Below are positions 19,003 to 28,778 of a DNA stretch of 64,000 nt, piece after piece. The stretch is taken from assembly GCA_030595835.1 (NCBI GenBank), contig JAUVLG010000002.1, positions 19,147-83,146 of the forward strand, in the 5' to 3' direction. The number at the start of each line of letters is the position of its first letter. Position 1 is the first letter of the stretch. A program made the translations under genes and the position numbers. Origin of the DNA: Candidatus Eiseniibacteriota bacterium (GTDB taxonomy: Bacteria; Joyebacterota; Joyebacteria; Joyebacterales; Joyebacteraceae). Under the pieces are notes generated by a model. That model did not search any database, was not told where the DNA came from, and saw only the letters and a program-made list of their open reading frames with translations.

Positions 19003-21132
19003 ATGCAGAGAGTTCTGACGACCCGCCGCACATGCGCGGTACTGCTCGCGGCGACGCTGTCCTCGGCGGCGATACTGTGCACACTCGCGCCGGACGCGCT
19101 CGCCGTCTCAACGTCTTTCTGGAAGACCGACTCGTTCGTGACGGCGGAGGAAGGACGCCTCGAAGGGGTTTCCGTTCTGCGCGACGGGCGGATAGTCCTG
19201 TCACGTGAGTTGGAGATGCTGGATACACCGGAGGCGCAGTACGTGTGGTCCGGCGAGGGCATGGGACGTGGGGTCGTGGTGGTTGCGGGCACGCCCGGGA
19301 GGGTGCTCAGATTGGGCGACGGCGATCCGGTCGAGCTTCTCAGTTTGGAGACGGCTGATTTCCCCGCGATGGCGGTTTCTCCCGAAGGCAGCGTTTTCGT
19401 CGGGACGGCGCCGGGCGGCGAGGTCTACATCATCACGCCCGACGGCGAGAGCCGGCTCTTCTTCGAGACGGGCGAGGGCTACATCTGGAGCATGGCTTTC
19501 TCAACTGATCACGGGCTTCTCGTCGGCACGGGCGACGCCGCGAAGGTCTACGCGGTTGACAACGGCGGATCGGGGGTCGTCATCTACGAGTCGAGCGATG
19601 CGAGTGTCTCCGCTCTGGCCGTCACGGACGGCAGGGTGCTCGCGGGCACCAGTATCGACGGGCTCCTGCTGGACATCACGCCAGGCAGTGACCTGCGGGT
19701 GTTGTGCGACTCCTGGTACGATGAGATCTCCGGTGTGGTGCGCGGCACGGACGGTACCATCTTCTTCGCGGCCACCAGCGTGTCGCTCGAGGACATACTG
19801 GACGGCAACGGAAACGGCGACAGCGGCTACGGCTCGGGCTTTGGCGAGGGAGCCGTGTTTCGGATTACACCCGGCGGGGGTGCAGTCGAGCTATGGCATT
19901 CGCGGAGCGCGCCCGTTACCTCACTCGGGCTTTCGCCGGACGGCCTGATACTGGCGGGCACGGGGTCCGGCGGCCGGATCTACGCCGTGGGCCACGACGG
20001 CACCGCCGATCTGGTCGCGGAGCTGGAGGGGGAGGAGGTGCTCTCTATCCGGGGTACCGGAGACGCGATCGTGACCACCGGCGCGCCGGGAGCGGTCTAC
20101 AGGATGGGCCCGGACACAGCCCGGTCCGGTGAGTACGAATCGGAGGTGTTCGATGCGCGCTCGACATCTGCCTGGGGTGAACTGGCGTGGAAGGCGGATG
20201 TGCCCGCCGGGGCTGGCGTGGAGTTCTTCGCGAGGTCGGGCAACACCGGTGACCCGGACGAGACGTGGAGTGAGTGGACGCCTGTCGCAGGGAGAGGGGG
20301 CGGGCAGATCGTGAGCCCCTCGGCGCGGTTCCTCCAATGGAAGGCCGTGTTGAGCCGAGGTTCCAGTGGGGCGGGCCCCGAACTGCTCAGCGTGGAGGCC
20401 GCCTACCTGCGCGAGAACCTCCCGCCTCTCGTGTCGTCCGTGACCGTATACGAGCCCGGCGACATCGTCACGGGCCCCGCCGGCGGAGCGAACGATTCCT
20501 CCGTCTCGCAGACTCTGCCGGGTGGAGTCGAGGTGACATACTCGCTCGACCCCGTTGCGTCCCCTGACCGCGAGCTTCCTGTGCTCCTGCGCGGGATGAG
20601 AACGGCGTCGTGGGAGGCGCTCGATCCGAACGGTGACGCGCTGTCGTTTGATATCTACCTGAAGTCGGACGACGAGGAGGACTGGAAGCTAGTAGAAGAA
20701 AGCGTCCTTCGGCGGACGCTGCACACCTGGGACACTGCTGCGATGACCGACGGTGTCTACCGACTGAAAGTGAAGGCGACAGACCGGCAGTCCAATCCGA
20801 AGGAGTCCACGCTTACGGCTTCGGCAGAAAGCCCGCCCTTCACTGTCGATCACACGCCGCCCGAGTTCACGCGCGTCGATGTCTCCTCGTCGGCCGGCGG
20901 GCTGACCGTCAGTGGAGTTGTCACGGACGCGGCCAGCCAGGTGATGTTCGTCGACGTGTCCGTCGACTACGGCGTCTGGAGACCGGCGTTCGCGGACGAC
21001 GGCATGTTCGATTCGTGCAGCGAGTCGTTCAGGCTTGTGATAGAGGGGCTGGAAGAGGGGGAGCACGCCGTGTCAGTGCGGGCGGCGGATCGCTCCGGGA
21101 ATCCCGTCGTCGTGCGGAAGTTGTCGTGGTAG
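19003..21132 (+). CDS. Secreted beta-propeller (WD40-like) plus FN3/Ig domain protein
   Basis: Signal peptide; repeated blades (VGTAPGGEVY, VGTGDAAKVY, AGTGSGGRIY); RSGNT..PD.TWS.W; DGVYRLKV. Confidence 0.75.
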   Translation: MQRVLTTRRTCAVLLAATLSSAAILCTLAPDALAVSTSFWKTDSFVTAEEGRLEGVSVLRDGRIVLSRELEMLDTPEAQYVWSGEGMGRGVVVVAGTPGRVLRLGDGDPVELLSLETADFPAMAVSPEGSVFVGTAPGGEVYIITPDGESRLFFETGEGYIWSMAFSTDHGLLVGTGDAAKVYAVDNGGSGVVIYESSDASVSALAVTDGRVLAGTSIDGLLLDITPGSDLRVLCDSWYDEISGVVRGTDGTIFFAATSVSLEDILDGNGNGDSGYGSGFGEGAVFRITPGGGAVELWHSRSAPVTSLGLSPDGLILAGTGSGGRIYAVGHDGTADLVAELEGEEVLSIRGTGDAIVTTGAPGAVYRMGPDTARSGEYESEVFDARSTSAWGELAWKADVPAGAGVEFFARSGNTGDPDETWSEWTPVAGRGGGQIVSPSARFLQWKAVLSRGSSGAGPELLSVEAAYLRENLPPLVSSVTVYEPGDIVTGPAGGANDSSVSQTLPGGVEVTYSLDPVASPDRELPVLLRGMRTASWEALDPNGDALSFDIYLKSDDEEDWKLVEESVLRRTLHTWDTAAMTDGVYRLKVKATDRQSNPKESTLTASAESPPFTVDHTPPEFTRVDVSSSAGGLTVSGVVTDAASQVMFVDVSVDYGVWRPAFADDGMFDSCSESFRLVIEGLEEGEHAVSVRAADRSGNPVVVRKLSW

Positions 21133-21159
21133 CTCTTCCTACGGGGCTTTCCGGTCCCG

Positions 21160-21187
21160 CGAAACCCCAGGAGGGCGTCCGGAGTCA
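21160..21187 (+). promoter_or_regulatory. Putative ECF sigma promoter upstream of the anti-sigma gene
   Basis: CGAAAC-N17-AGTCA; matches the motif at 22438-22465. Confidence 0.55.
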
Positions 21188-21246
21188 CATGTACGTGGAG
21201 TTGCAGCTACTTCTGGTCTCTCGGGGTCAGGTCGGAGGTCTCACGG

Positions 21247-21783
21247 GTGGATTGCACGGCGAACAGACGACTGATGGACGAGAAGCTGGATGGGAACATC
21301 ACGGCCGACGACGCGCGCGCCCTCGAGGCGCATCTCTCCGCGTGCTCCTCATGCCGTCGCGAATGGGAAGTCCTCGTCGCGGTGGATCGGGTGCTCGCCG
21401 ATGTTCCACTGGAGCGGGCGCCGGCCGGGTTCGAGCAGTCCGTCGTTGCTGAGATAGTCCGGTGCGTGGAGGCCCGCCGCCGGAGCGAGTCGATCGGCAT
21501 CCCCGTTGCCTGTGGTGTGGCTGCCGTCGCGGCAGGCTACGGCGTGCACCGCGTCGTGAACTGGGAGGCCGCGCGCTCGTTCGTTCGTGGGATAGGCGAG
21601 GCCGCGAACGGAGTACTGGCGCCGCTCGCCGAGCCCCTTGCAAGAACGCCCGACTTCGTGACGACCTGGTCACAGGAGCCGGGCGCTGTTGGTGCCCTGC
21701 TTGCGCTGGCCGTGGCCGCTGTCTTCTTCCTTGGCTTGAGCGCCCTCCGATTCGTCAGACAGAACGCTTTCGAGTGGCACTAG
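21247..21783 (+). CDS. Zinc-binding anti-sigma factor (zf-HC2/ZAS) with two TM segments
   Basis: MDC...LDG...HLSACSSC (HxxxCxxC), APAGF, two hydrophobic helices. Confidence 0.85.
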   Translation: MDCTANRRLMDEKLDGNITADDARALEAHLSACSSCRREWEVLVAVDRVLADVPLERAPAGFEQSVVAEIVRCVEARRRSESIGIPVACGVAAVAAGYGVHRVVNWEAARSFVRGIGEAANGVLAPLAEPLARTPDFVTTWSQEPGAVGALLALAVAAVFFLGLSALRFVRQNAFEWH

Positions 21784-21799
21784 AGGTCCGCCGAGCGTG

Positions 21800-21841
21800 A
21801 CGCCAGAGGCCCCGCGCGAGTAACGCCGGAGGCCCCGCGCG
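21800..21841. repeat. 19-bp direct repeat (two copies) between convergent genes
   Basis: ACGCC(A/G)GAGGCCCCGCGCG at 21800 and 21823. Confidence 0.6.
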
Positions 21842-21882
21842 GAGAACCGCACGGGGCCCCTTCAGATTTCCGGTCTACCGCT

Positions 21883-22320
21883 CTACTCGTCGTCTCCGGA
21901 AACGACCCTGACAGATTCACCGGTTCCGCCTGTCGGCGGGCTGAAGATCACGGGCTCGCCGTTCTGTTTCTCGTCTCCCACGACCTTCCTGCGGATCGCG
22001 TAGTAGATGATAAGGCCGAGCCCGACGAAGAACGGAACGAGCGCGCCGGTCAGGGCGTCGTTCAGCACGCCGAGCGCAATGAAGCCGATGAAGAGCGCGA
22101 TCCCGATGGCCGTGAAGAAGATACCCCAGCCGAGTGTGGCTGTGCCGGAGCTCTTCTTGCCCGCGATCAGCCGGTAGTCGTAGATGCCCTTGTCGAGCGT
22201 TTTCTGGTAGGTCTGCTGCCTGATCTCCTGGGAGCGGTTGATGCCCTTCATGATGAGCATGATCATGAGAACGCCACCGGCTATCGAGACCAGGGCCGTC
22301 AAGAAACTGAAGAAGAACAT
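21883..22320 (-). CDS. DUF6249-like small membrane protein
   Basis: Three TM segments, L.WGIF..AIGIAL, P.FVGLGLIIYY; GAGGAGG RBS (start 22320 or 22326); divergent from ECF sigma. Confidence 0.7.
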   Translation of the reverse strand: MFFFSFLTALVSIAGGVLMIMLIMKGINRSQEIRQQTYQKTLDKGIYDYRLIAGKKSSGTATLGWGIFFTAIGIALFIGFIALGVLNDALTGALVPFFVGLGLIIYYAIRRKVVGDEKQNGEPVIFSPPTGGTGESVRVVSGDDE

Positions 22321-22437
22321 GTGCACGGTCGCCTCCTCGTTGTTTTTCCCACCGCGGTCGTCCCGAAAGGAAAGGGTTGGTTCCCGAACGTCCGGCCCGC
22401 GGCAGAGCCCCATTGTCACTCTCTTTACCGTACGCTA

Positions 22438-22465
22438 TGACACCTCTTCCGATCGGGGTGTTTCA
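22438..22465 (-). promoter_or_regulatory. Putative ECF sigma promoter for the DUF6249-like gene
   Basis: TGAAAC-N17-TGTCA on minus strand. Confidence 0.6.
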
Positions 22466-22667
22466 GGGGCGCGAGCGGGACCGGGGATATTCCAGGGCAA
22501 AGGCTGCGGGTTCCCGGGTCTGAAACGCCTCATTGTGGGCAAAAGCGCTTGGATTCTGAGGTCCTTCTGGTAGCATTGTGGGTTGAACCTGGCTGGTCGG
22601 CACGCGGACGCGCGGCCCGAGCAAGTGCCTAGCTGGCCGCCGCCCGTGGGCGGGCGCGGAGGAGCCT

Positions 22668-23279
22668 TTGGCTGGGTCGAACCTGACGCGTGAGTACACG
22701 CCGACGGATGAAGAGCTGATCGCGAGAGTCCTGGCCGGCGACGAGGCGTCCTACGGGACGCTGGTCACCCGGTACCGGGACTACGTGTACACGATCGCCG
22801 TACGGATCGTGGGAAGCGATGAGGACGCGGAAGACGTCGCTCAGGAAGCGTTCGTCCGAGCGTACCGCGCGCTTCCCAGGTTCAGAGGGGACTCCAAGTT
22901 TTCGAGCTGGCTCTACCGCATCGCGACCAACCGCGCGCTCACACATCTGAAGAAGCGCCGGAGGCGAGCGGACACCGTCGACATCGAGTCGGGGTCTCAC
23001 GTGGAGGCCGTTGTCATCGACGACGGCCGCGGCGAGGTAGCGAGTCCGGAGCTTCTGGTCCGGAATGAGGAGTTCAGGCGTGCGGTTCGCGCCGCCGTTC
23101 TCGAACTTCCCGAGCAGTACCGTGTCGTTGTTACGCTCTTCTATCTGGAGGAGAGAAGCTACAAGGAGGTAGTGGCCACACTCGGGATTCCCATGGGAAC
23201 CCTGAAGACGCACCTGCATCGCGCAAGGGCGCTGCTCAGGGACATCCTCACGAAACATCATCTGGAAAGCGGGAGGTAG
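22668..23279 (+). CDS. ECF RNA polymerase sigma factor (SigW/RpoE-like)
   Basis: DAEDVAQEAF, FSSWLYRIATN, LP..YR, SYKEV...LGIPMGTLKTHLHRAR. Confidence 0.93.
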   Translation: MAGSNLTREYTPTDEELIARVLAGDEASYGTLVTRYRDYVYTIAVRIVGSDEDAEDVAQEAFVRAYRALPRFRGDSKFSSWLYRIATNRALTHLKKRRRRADTVDIESGSHVEAVVIDDGRGEVASPELLVRNEEFRRAVRAAVLELPEQYRVVVTLFYLEERSYKEVVATLGIPMGTLKTHLHRARALLRDILTKHHLESGR

Positions 23280-23281
23280 GT

Positions 23282-24097
23282 TTGGACAAGAGCTGTCTCG
23301 ATACCATACTCGACAGGCGCAGCATCCTGAAGTTCAAGGACGACGATGTCTCGTCCGACGTGCTGGACAAGGTGCTCCACGCGGCGCTCAGAGCATCCGG
23401 ACCGGGCGGAACGCTGAAGGGTGGGTACAGGGGTTCCCAGCCGTTCTCCATCATAGTGGTACGCGACCGCGCCAGGCGCGCGCAGCTCAACGAGCTTCTG
23501 TGCGAGGGCAGAAGGCCCTGCATCGAGAAGGCGCCGGTCTCGCTGGTCTTCTGCGTGGACACGCACCGCATGAACAGGTGGTGTGCCCTCGGCGGGGGCG
23601 CTCCTCACTTCAAGGGCATAGGTGTTCTGTGGGTGGCCCTGAGAGGCGTCTACACGGCAGCGCAGAATGCGGTCCTCGCCGCCGAGTCGCTGGGGCTGGG
23701 TTCGCAGTACATCCAGGAGATAGTCTGGCAGCCTTACACAACGCTCGGCTTCTTCCAGCTGCCGCCGCAGGTGCTCCCAGTCGCCATGCTGATCATTGGT
23801 CACCCCGAGGAGCGTCCACAGCTTGCACCGTCGCTCCCGCTTGAGGCCATCGTCCACAGGGAAGTCTACAGCGATCCGTCCGATGAGGAACTCGTGGAGT
23901 ACTTCGCCGACAAGGAGAAGTACTTCCAGGACTGGCTGGAGGGCCTTCCGGAGGACTCGAAGCTCAAGCGTCACATCGAGTCCGAGGGAGTGACCACTCT
24001 GGCACAGTGGGTCTCGCAACTCACCTACACCGAGAGCTTCTACAAGTGGAGAGACGACGCGGTCCGCACCAACCTGCACCTCTCTGAGCTGGAGTAG
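23282..24097 (+). CDS. Nitroreductase family flavoprotein (NfsA-like)
   Basis: RRSI.KF, QPFSIIVV, AAQNAVLAAESLGLGS, IGHPEE.P. Confidence 0.85.
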   Translation: MDKSCLDTILDRRSILKFKDDDVSSDVLDKVLHAALRASGPGGTLKGGYRGSQPFSIIVVRDRARRAQLNELLCEGRRPCIEKAPVSLVFCVDTHRMNRWCALGGGAPHFKGIGVLWVALRGVYTAAQNAVLAAESLGLGSQYIQEIVWQPYTTLGFFQLPPQVLPVAMLIIGHPEERPQLAPSLPLEAIVHREVYSDPSDEELVEYFADKEKYFQDWLEGLPEDSKLKRHIESEGVTTLAQWVSQLTYTESFYKWRDDAVRTNLHLSELE

Positions 24098-24163
24098 GCG
24101 GCGTGGCCATCGCGACCGAGGGGCGCATCAGGCTCGCGAGCGGCGCGGGCCCTAGGAGCTAGC

Positions 24164-25388
24164 GTGGAACGCGAGATCCTCGCCCTGATCCTCTCCGTTG
24201 TCCTCATCGTTCTGCTGGTCCGCTTCCGCGTGGATCTGGGTGTTTCCATGCTCGCGGGAGCCGCGACGCTCGCGCTGGTGGTTGGACGCGCCCCGCTCTG
24301 GACGCGCCCCGCTCTGGACGCTTGTCGAGCTGGGGCGCGCCGCGATCGCGCACGACACACTGCTGCTCCTCGCGCGGATTATCACGATCATGGCCCTGAG
24401 CGCGCTGGCGGGGAAGCTCGGCTATCTGGACCGCTTCGCATCGGGCCTCCGTGCACTCATCTCCGACAACCGCATCGTCGTCGCGCTTATCCCCGCGTTC
24501 GGGGGGATGCTCCCGATGCCAGGTGGCACCATGCTGACGGCTCCGATGGTCGAGAGCGCCGTCAGCACCGGGCACGCCACACCGGAACAGAAGCTCTTCG
24601 TCAGCTACTGGTTCCGGCACGTCTGGGAATACATCTGGCCGCTCTACCCGGGCGTGGTAGTGGGCGCGGCGCTGGTCAACAGACCCGTGAGCGACTTCTT
24701 CCTCTACAACTGGCCCATCACGCTGGCGGCTATCGCCTCCGGCGCCTTCTTCGTTCTCCGCAGAGTCGACGCCGGCAGGAACCACCGTTTGAGAGATGGA
24801 GTCATGGGCGGGTGGAAGAACATCCTCATCGGCGTGTGGCCGTTCGGCGTTGTCGTCGCTGGCGTGCTCGTCCTCCAGATCGAGCTGATCCTGGTCATCC
24901 TGGTGGTCATCGCAGTGCTCGTGATCCTGGAGCGCCCCGCCGGCACGCATATCTGGCGGGCGTTCCGGCGCGGGACGGAGTTTCAGATAGTGACGCTGAT
25001 CGTTGGCGTGGCGGCGTACCAGCATCTGCTTGATGCGGTCTCGGTCGTGGACGCGATCCCGCCGCTTCTGCTGAGGATGAGTCTTCCGGAGGTCGTCGTC
25101 ATCGCTGTCGTACCGATGATAATCGGACTCATCACCGGCGTGACTCTGGCCTTCATTGCCGTGAGCTTCCCTCTGCTTATCCCACTAATGGGCGGCCCGG
25201 ACATCAACATGGAGCTCGTCATGCTGGGCTTCGCCTCCGGGTTCGTGGGCTGCCTGCTCTCTCCTGTTCACCTCTGCCTCGTGATCACTCGGGAGTACTT
25301 CGGCGCCAGTTGGGGCGGTATCTACCGCATGCTCCTGCCGGCTTGCGCGGTCATCATGGTCGTTGCGGCGCTCATCGTGCTCCTGTAG
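24164..25388 (+). pseudogene. DUF401-family membrane protein, frameshifted by a 16-bp tandem duplication
   Basis: N-terminus in the 24164 frame; body (GMLPMPGG, YWFRHVWE.IWPLYP, LSPVHLCL) in the 24198 frame; removing one repeat copy restores ...VGRAPLWTLVELG... Confidence 0.85.
24283..24321 (+). repeat. 16-bp tandem duplication
   Basis: TGGACGCGCCCCGCTC twice, then TGGACGC. Confidence 0.95.
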
Positions 25389-25503
25389 GATAGGCGCTTA
25401 ATCCAATAGACGGGCGCGTCATCGATGGAAGCGCGAATCATCGAACTGGCGCGGGTCATCGAGCTGGTGCGCACTGTCCACGCGATCGCGCGCGGGAGAT
25501 ACC

Positions 25504-26451
25504 TTGAAGGGGTCAAAGGGTGCTGTCCTGGCCACGATCGCTGCTGGACTGCTGTGGGGGTCGTCGTTTGCCGTCGTCAAGATCGGTCTGCGTTCGATAG
25601 ATCCCTTCTGGTTCGTCTTCTTGCGGTTCGCCGTCGCCTCGGTGCTGGTGGTTCTGTTCAGCGTGCTGACGGGAAGGACCCGCCGGGTCCTCGCGCTCCT
25701 CAGGAATCCGCTGGTCCTGTGGCTGGGTATCACGAACGCCGCCGGTTTCGTGTTCCAGTTCAAGGGGCAGACGATGACGACGGCCGCGAACGCCGCGCTC
25801 CTCATCAATGCAAGTACGCTCTTCGTGGCGATGGCGTCGCGCGTGGTTTTCCGCGAGCGATTCGGTCCGCTCAAGGTGATTGCCGTGCTGGTGGGAATGG
25901 CCGGTGTTTTCCTGGTGACGACCGGGGGCCGTCCATCCGCGGCGACGGGCGCCGCTCTGCACGGCGACCTGCTGGTCCTGACGGCCGCCTTTCTGTGGAC
26001 GTTCTTCATCCTGCTCAACAAGCAGATCGTCGCCGGCCACGCCGTGGACGTGCACGCGCTGACGGCGGCCATGGTCGTCGTGACCACGCTGATCGCACTT
26101 CCCGTCGCGCTTGTCTTCGGGGAAGGCGGCTTCCCCAAGATGTCAGTCCAGTTGTGGACCGTGCCGTACACGGCGGTCTTTTGTTCGATCGCGCCGTTCT
26201 ACCTGTGGACGTGGGGTCTGAAGCGCATTACGGCGACCACGTCTAGCGTCGTGTTGTTGGTTGAGATCGTGTTCGCGCTGGTGTTCGCCGCCGTGTTGCT
26301 CGGGGAGCGGCTCTCCCCGGTCGCGCTCGTGGGCAGCGCCCTGATCCTCGCCGCGGTAGCGCTTGCGTCGAGGGAGAAGGGCGAAGAGGCACCGGTGGGT
26401 CCGGACGTGGTTCCGGAAGAGACCGGTGTTCGGTCTATGGAGAAGCAATGA
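25504..26451 (+). CDS. DMT/EamA family transporter
   Basis: LLWGSSF..VK, FLRF, ten TM helices, LLGE.L......G.ALI. Confidence 0.9.
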   Translation: MKGSKGAVLATIAAGLLWGSSFAVVKIGLRSIDPFWFVFLRFAVASVLVVLFSVLTGRTRRVLALLRNPLVLWLGITNAAGFVFQFKGQTMTTAANAALLINASTLFVAMASRVVFRERFGPLKVIAVLVGMAGVFLVTTGGRPSAATGAALHGDLLVLTAAFLWTFFILLNKQIVAGHAVDVHALTAAMVVVTTLIALPVALVFGEGGFPKMSVQLWTVPYTAVFCSIAPFYLWTWGLKRITATTSSVVLLVEIVFALVFAAVLLGERLSPVALVGSALILAAVALASREKGEEAPVGPDVVPEETGVRSMEKQ

Positions 26452-26577
26452 AAGTGAAAAGGAACCGCGCCGTTGATGGGGACGAGGCGATCGGGCTGGA
26501 TCCCGAACACGCAATGGCGGTCGAGTCGAAGGAGAGGCTTGAGGTCGAGCACCCGTAGGTATGTTGGGAGAGTCCCA

Positions 26578-28569
26578 ATGAGCGAGAAGAAGCGGCTCGG
26601 AAAGGAAGCATACGGCGGCGTCCCGGGCGAGAGCTACAGCCCGTACGTCAAACACGACGAGACGATGCGCGAGCTCACGCTGCGCGCCGTTGTCGTAGGC
26701 ATTCTGGTGGGCGTCGTTTTCGGGGCGGCAAACGCCTACATAGGGCTCAAGGTGGGCATCACCGTCGGGGCGTCCATCCCGGCCGCCGTCATCGCGATCG
26801 CGATCTCCAAGTTCTGGCGTGCGACCGTACTGGAGAACAACATGGTCCAGACGGTCGGCTCGGCCGGCGAGTCGCTCGCCGCGGGCGTCATCTTCACGGT
26901 CCCCGCGCTCATCGTGCTCGGATTCATGCCGCAGCTCTCGAAGATCTTCATTCTCTCGGTGGTCGGAGGACTGCTCGGCGTCTTCTTCATGATCCCGCTG
27001 AGAAAGCACCTGATCGTCCGCGAGCACGGCAGGCTCCCGTACCCGGAGGGCACGGCGTGCGCCGAGGTGCTCGTCGCCGGTGATCACGGCGGGACGATGG
27101 TCAAGCGCGTCATGGCCGGCGTCGGCATCGGTGCTCTGTACAAGTTCATCATGGAGGGCATGGAGCTCTGGAGCTACAAGCCGGAGTGGGACATCCGCGG
27201 CATCAAGGGCGCGCGTATCGGTGGTGAGATCACACCGGCCCTTCTCGGTGTGGGCTATGTCATCGGCCCAAGGATCGCGGGCATCATGTTCGCCGGCGGA
27301 GCCATCGGGTGGCTCGTTCTCATCCCCATCATCAAGATGATGGGAAGCGGGCTCTCCGAGCCTCTCTACCCGGCAACGGTTCTCATCAGGGACATGGGAC
27401 CGGCCGCGATATGGAACAACTACATCAGGTACATCGGGGCCGGAGCAGTGGCGTTTGGCGGGCTCGTGACGCTTATCAGGGCCATCCCGACCATGGTGCG
27501 GTCGTTCGGCTCGGGTGTCAGGGAGGCCGCTCGCGACCGCGCGGGCGGCGGCGGAGCCGTCAGGCGCACGGCACTGGATCTGCCGGTCAAGTACGTGATG
27601 GCGGGCGCTCTGGCGCTGGGAGTCCTTTCCTGGCTTCTCCCTCAGATTCCGGTCAACGTGGTCGGCGCGATACTCATAGTGGTCTTCAGCTTCTTCTTCG
27701 TCACGGTCAGCTCAAGCATCGTGGGGTTGGTGGGCAGCACGTCGAACCCGGCCTCGGGAATGACGATAGGTACGCTCCTGGCGACGAGCCTGATCTTCCT
27801 CGGCCTCGGGTGGACCGGGACCGCGGGCATGATCGCCGCCATCTCGGTCGGGGCGGTGGTCTGCATCGCCATCTGCATTGCGAGTGATACGTCGCAGGAT
27901 CTCAAGACCGGGTTCCTGGTAGGCGCGACGCCGCGCCGGCAGCAGTATGGTGAGATCATCGGTGTTCTGTCCTCGGCGCTTGTCATCGGCTGGGTCGTCT
28001 TCTTCCTTCACAGGGTCTACGGGATCGGTTCGGAACAGCTGCCCGCTCCCCAGGCCGTCCTGATGTCGATGGTCGTGAAGGGCGTTCTGACGATGTCGCT
28101 GCCGTGGACGCTGGTCTTCATCGGTGTGTTCATCGCCGCCTGCATCGAGCTCTTGGGAATACCGTCGCTGCCGTTCTCGGTCGGGCTCTATCTTCCGATC
28201 AGGCTCTCGACGCCCATCATGATCGGTGGGATTGTCAGGCAGATGACCGAGCGCATCAAGAACGTGGACATCCGGCACCGCCTGCGGGAGCGGGGAGTGC
28301 TGTACGGGTCGGGTCTCATTGCGGGCGGCGGCGTGATGGGCATTATCGTGGCGGCGCTATACAACTCATCGCTCCAGAGCGAGAAGCTCCTCGCGGCAGG
28401 CGAGCCGGTCGGCGCCGCGACCAGGGTCACGGCGACGTTCTACAACTTCATCAACGTCGGGTACGGCTGGGCCGGGAGCTGGGCGGGCGTCGTTGCGCTC
28501 GTGGCATTCGGAGCTCTGACCATGACGCTCGTGTGGAACATCTGGTCTGGAGACAGGCGCGGGGAGTAG
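26578..28569 (+). CDS. OPT family oligopeptide transporter
   Basis: ELTLRA, YIGLKVG, ENNMVQT..SAGE, LPYPEG.ACA, SNP.SGM, QDLKTG.LVGATP. Confidence 0.93.
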   Translation: MSEKKRLGKEAYGGVPGESYSPYVKHDETMRELTLRAVVVGILVGVVFGAANAYIGLKVGITVGASIPAAVIAIAISKFWRATVLENNMVQTVGSAGESLAAGVIFTVPALIVLGFMPQLSKIFILSVVGGLLGVFFMIPLRKHLIVREHGRLPYPEGTACAEVLVAGDHGGTMVKRVMAGVGIGALYKFIMEGMELWSYKPEWDIRGIKGARIGGEITPALLGVGYVIGPRIAGIMFAGGAIGWLVLIPIIKMMGSGLSEPLYPATVLIRDMGPAAIWNNYIRYIGAGAVAFGGLVTLIRAIPTMVRSFGSGVREAARDRAGGGGAVRRTALDLPVKYVMAGALALGVLSWLLPQIPVNVVGAILIVVFSFFFVTVSSSIVGLVGSTSNPASGMTIGTLLATSLIFLGLGWTGTAGMIAAISVGAVVCIAICIASDTSQDLKTGFLVGATPRRQQYGEIIGVLSSALVIGWVVFFLHRVYGIGSEQLPAPQAVLMSMVVKGVLTMSLPWTLVFIGVFIAACIELLGIPSLPFSVGLYLPIRLSTPIMIGGIVRQMTERIKNVDIRHRLRERGVLYGSGLIAGGGVMGIIVAALYNSSLQSEKLLAAGEPVGAATRVTATFYNFINVGYGWAGSWAGVVALVAFGALTMTLVWNIWSGDRRGE

Positions 28570-28689
28570 TCCCGGGCACAGGGCTGTTGGAGTGCCGATT
28601 CGCGCGTTTCAGGACGCCGGCGCGCCTGAATGTTGCGTGTCTGTCTGGCGTCTATCATGAGTGGCCGCACACTATAGTGCTGAATCCGC

Positions 28690-28733
28690 TTGACTGAGGT
28701 GTCGGTTGCCCCTAGAGTAATGGTGCAATGCAC
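28690..28733 (+). promoter_or_regulatory. Sigma70 promoter with a PhaR-box-like palindrome at the predicted start site
   Basis: TTGACT-N17-TAGAGT followed by GTGCA-A-TGCAC (28723-28733). Confidence 0.6.
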
Positions 28734-28778
28734 TAGCATGCGGACCGCTCGATGCGGGAAATCTGAGGAGCGTCCATC

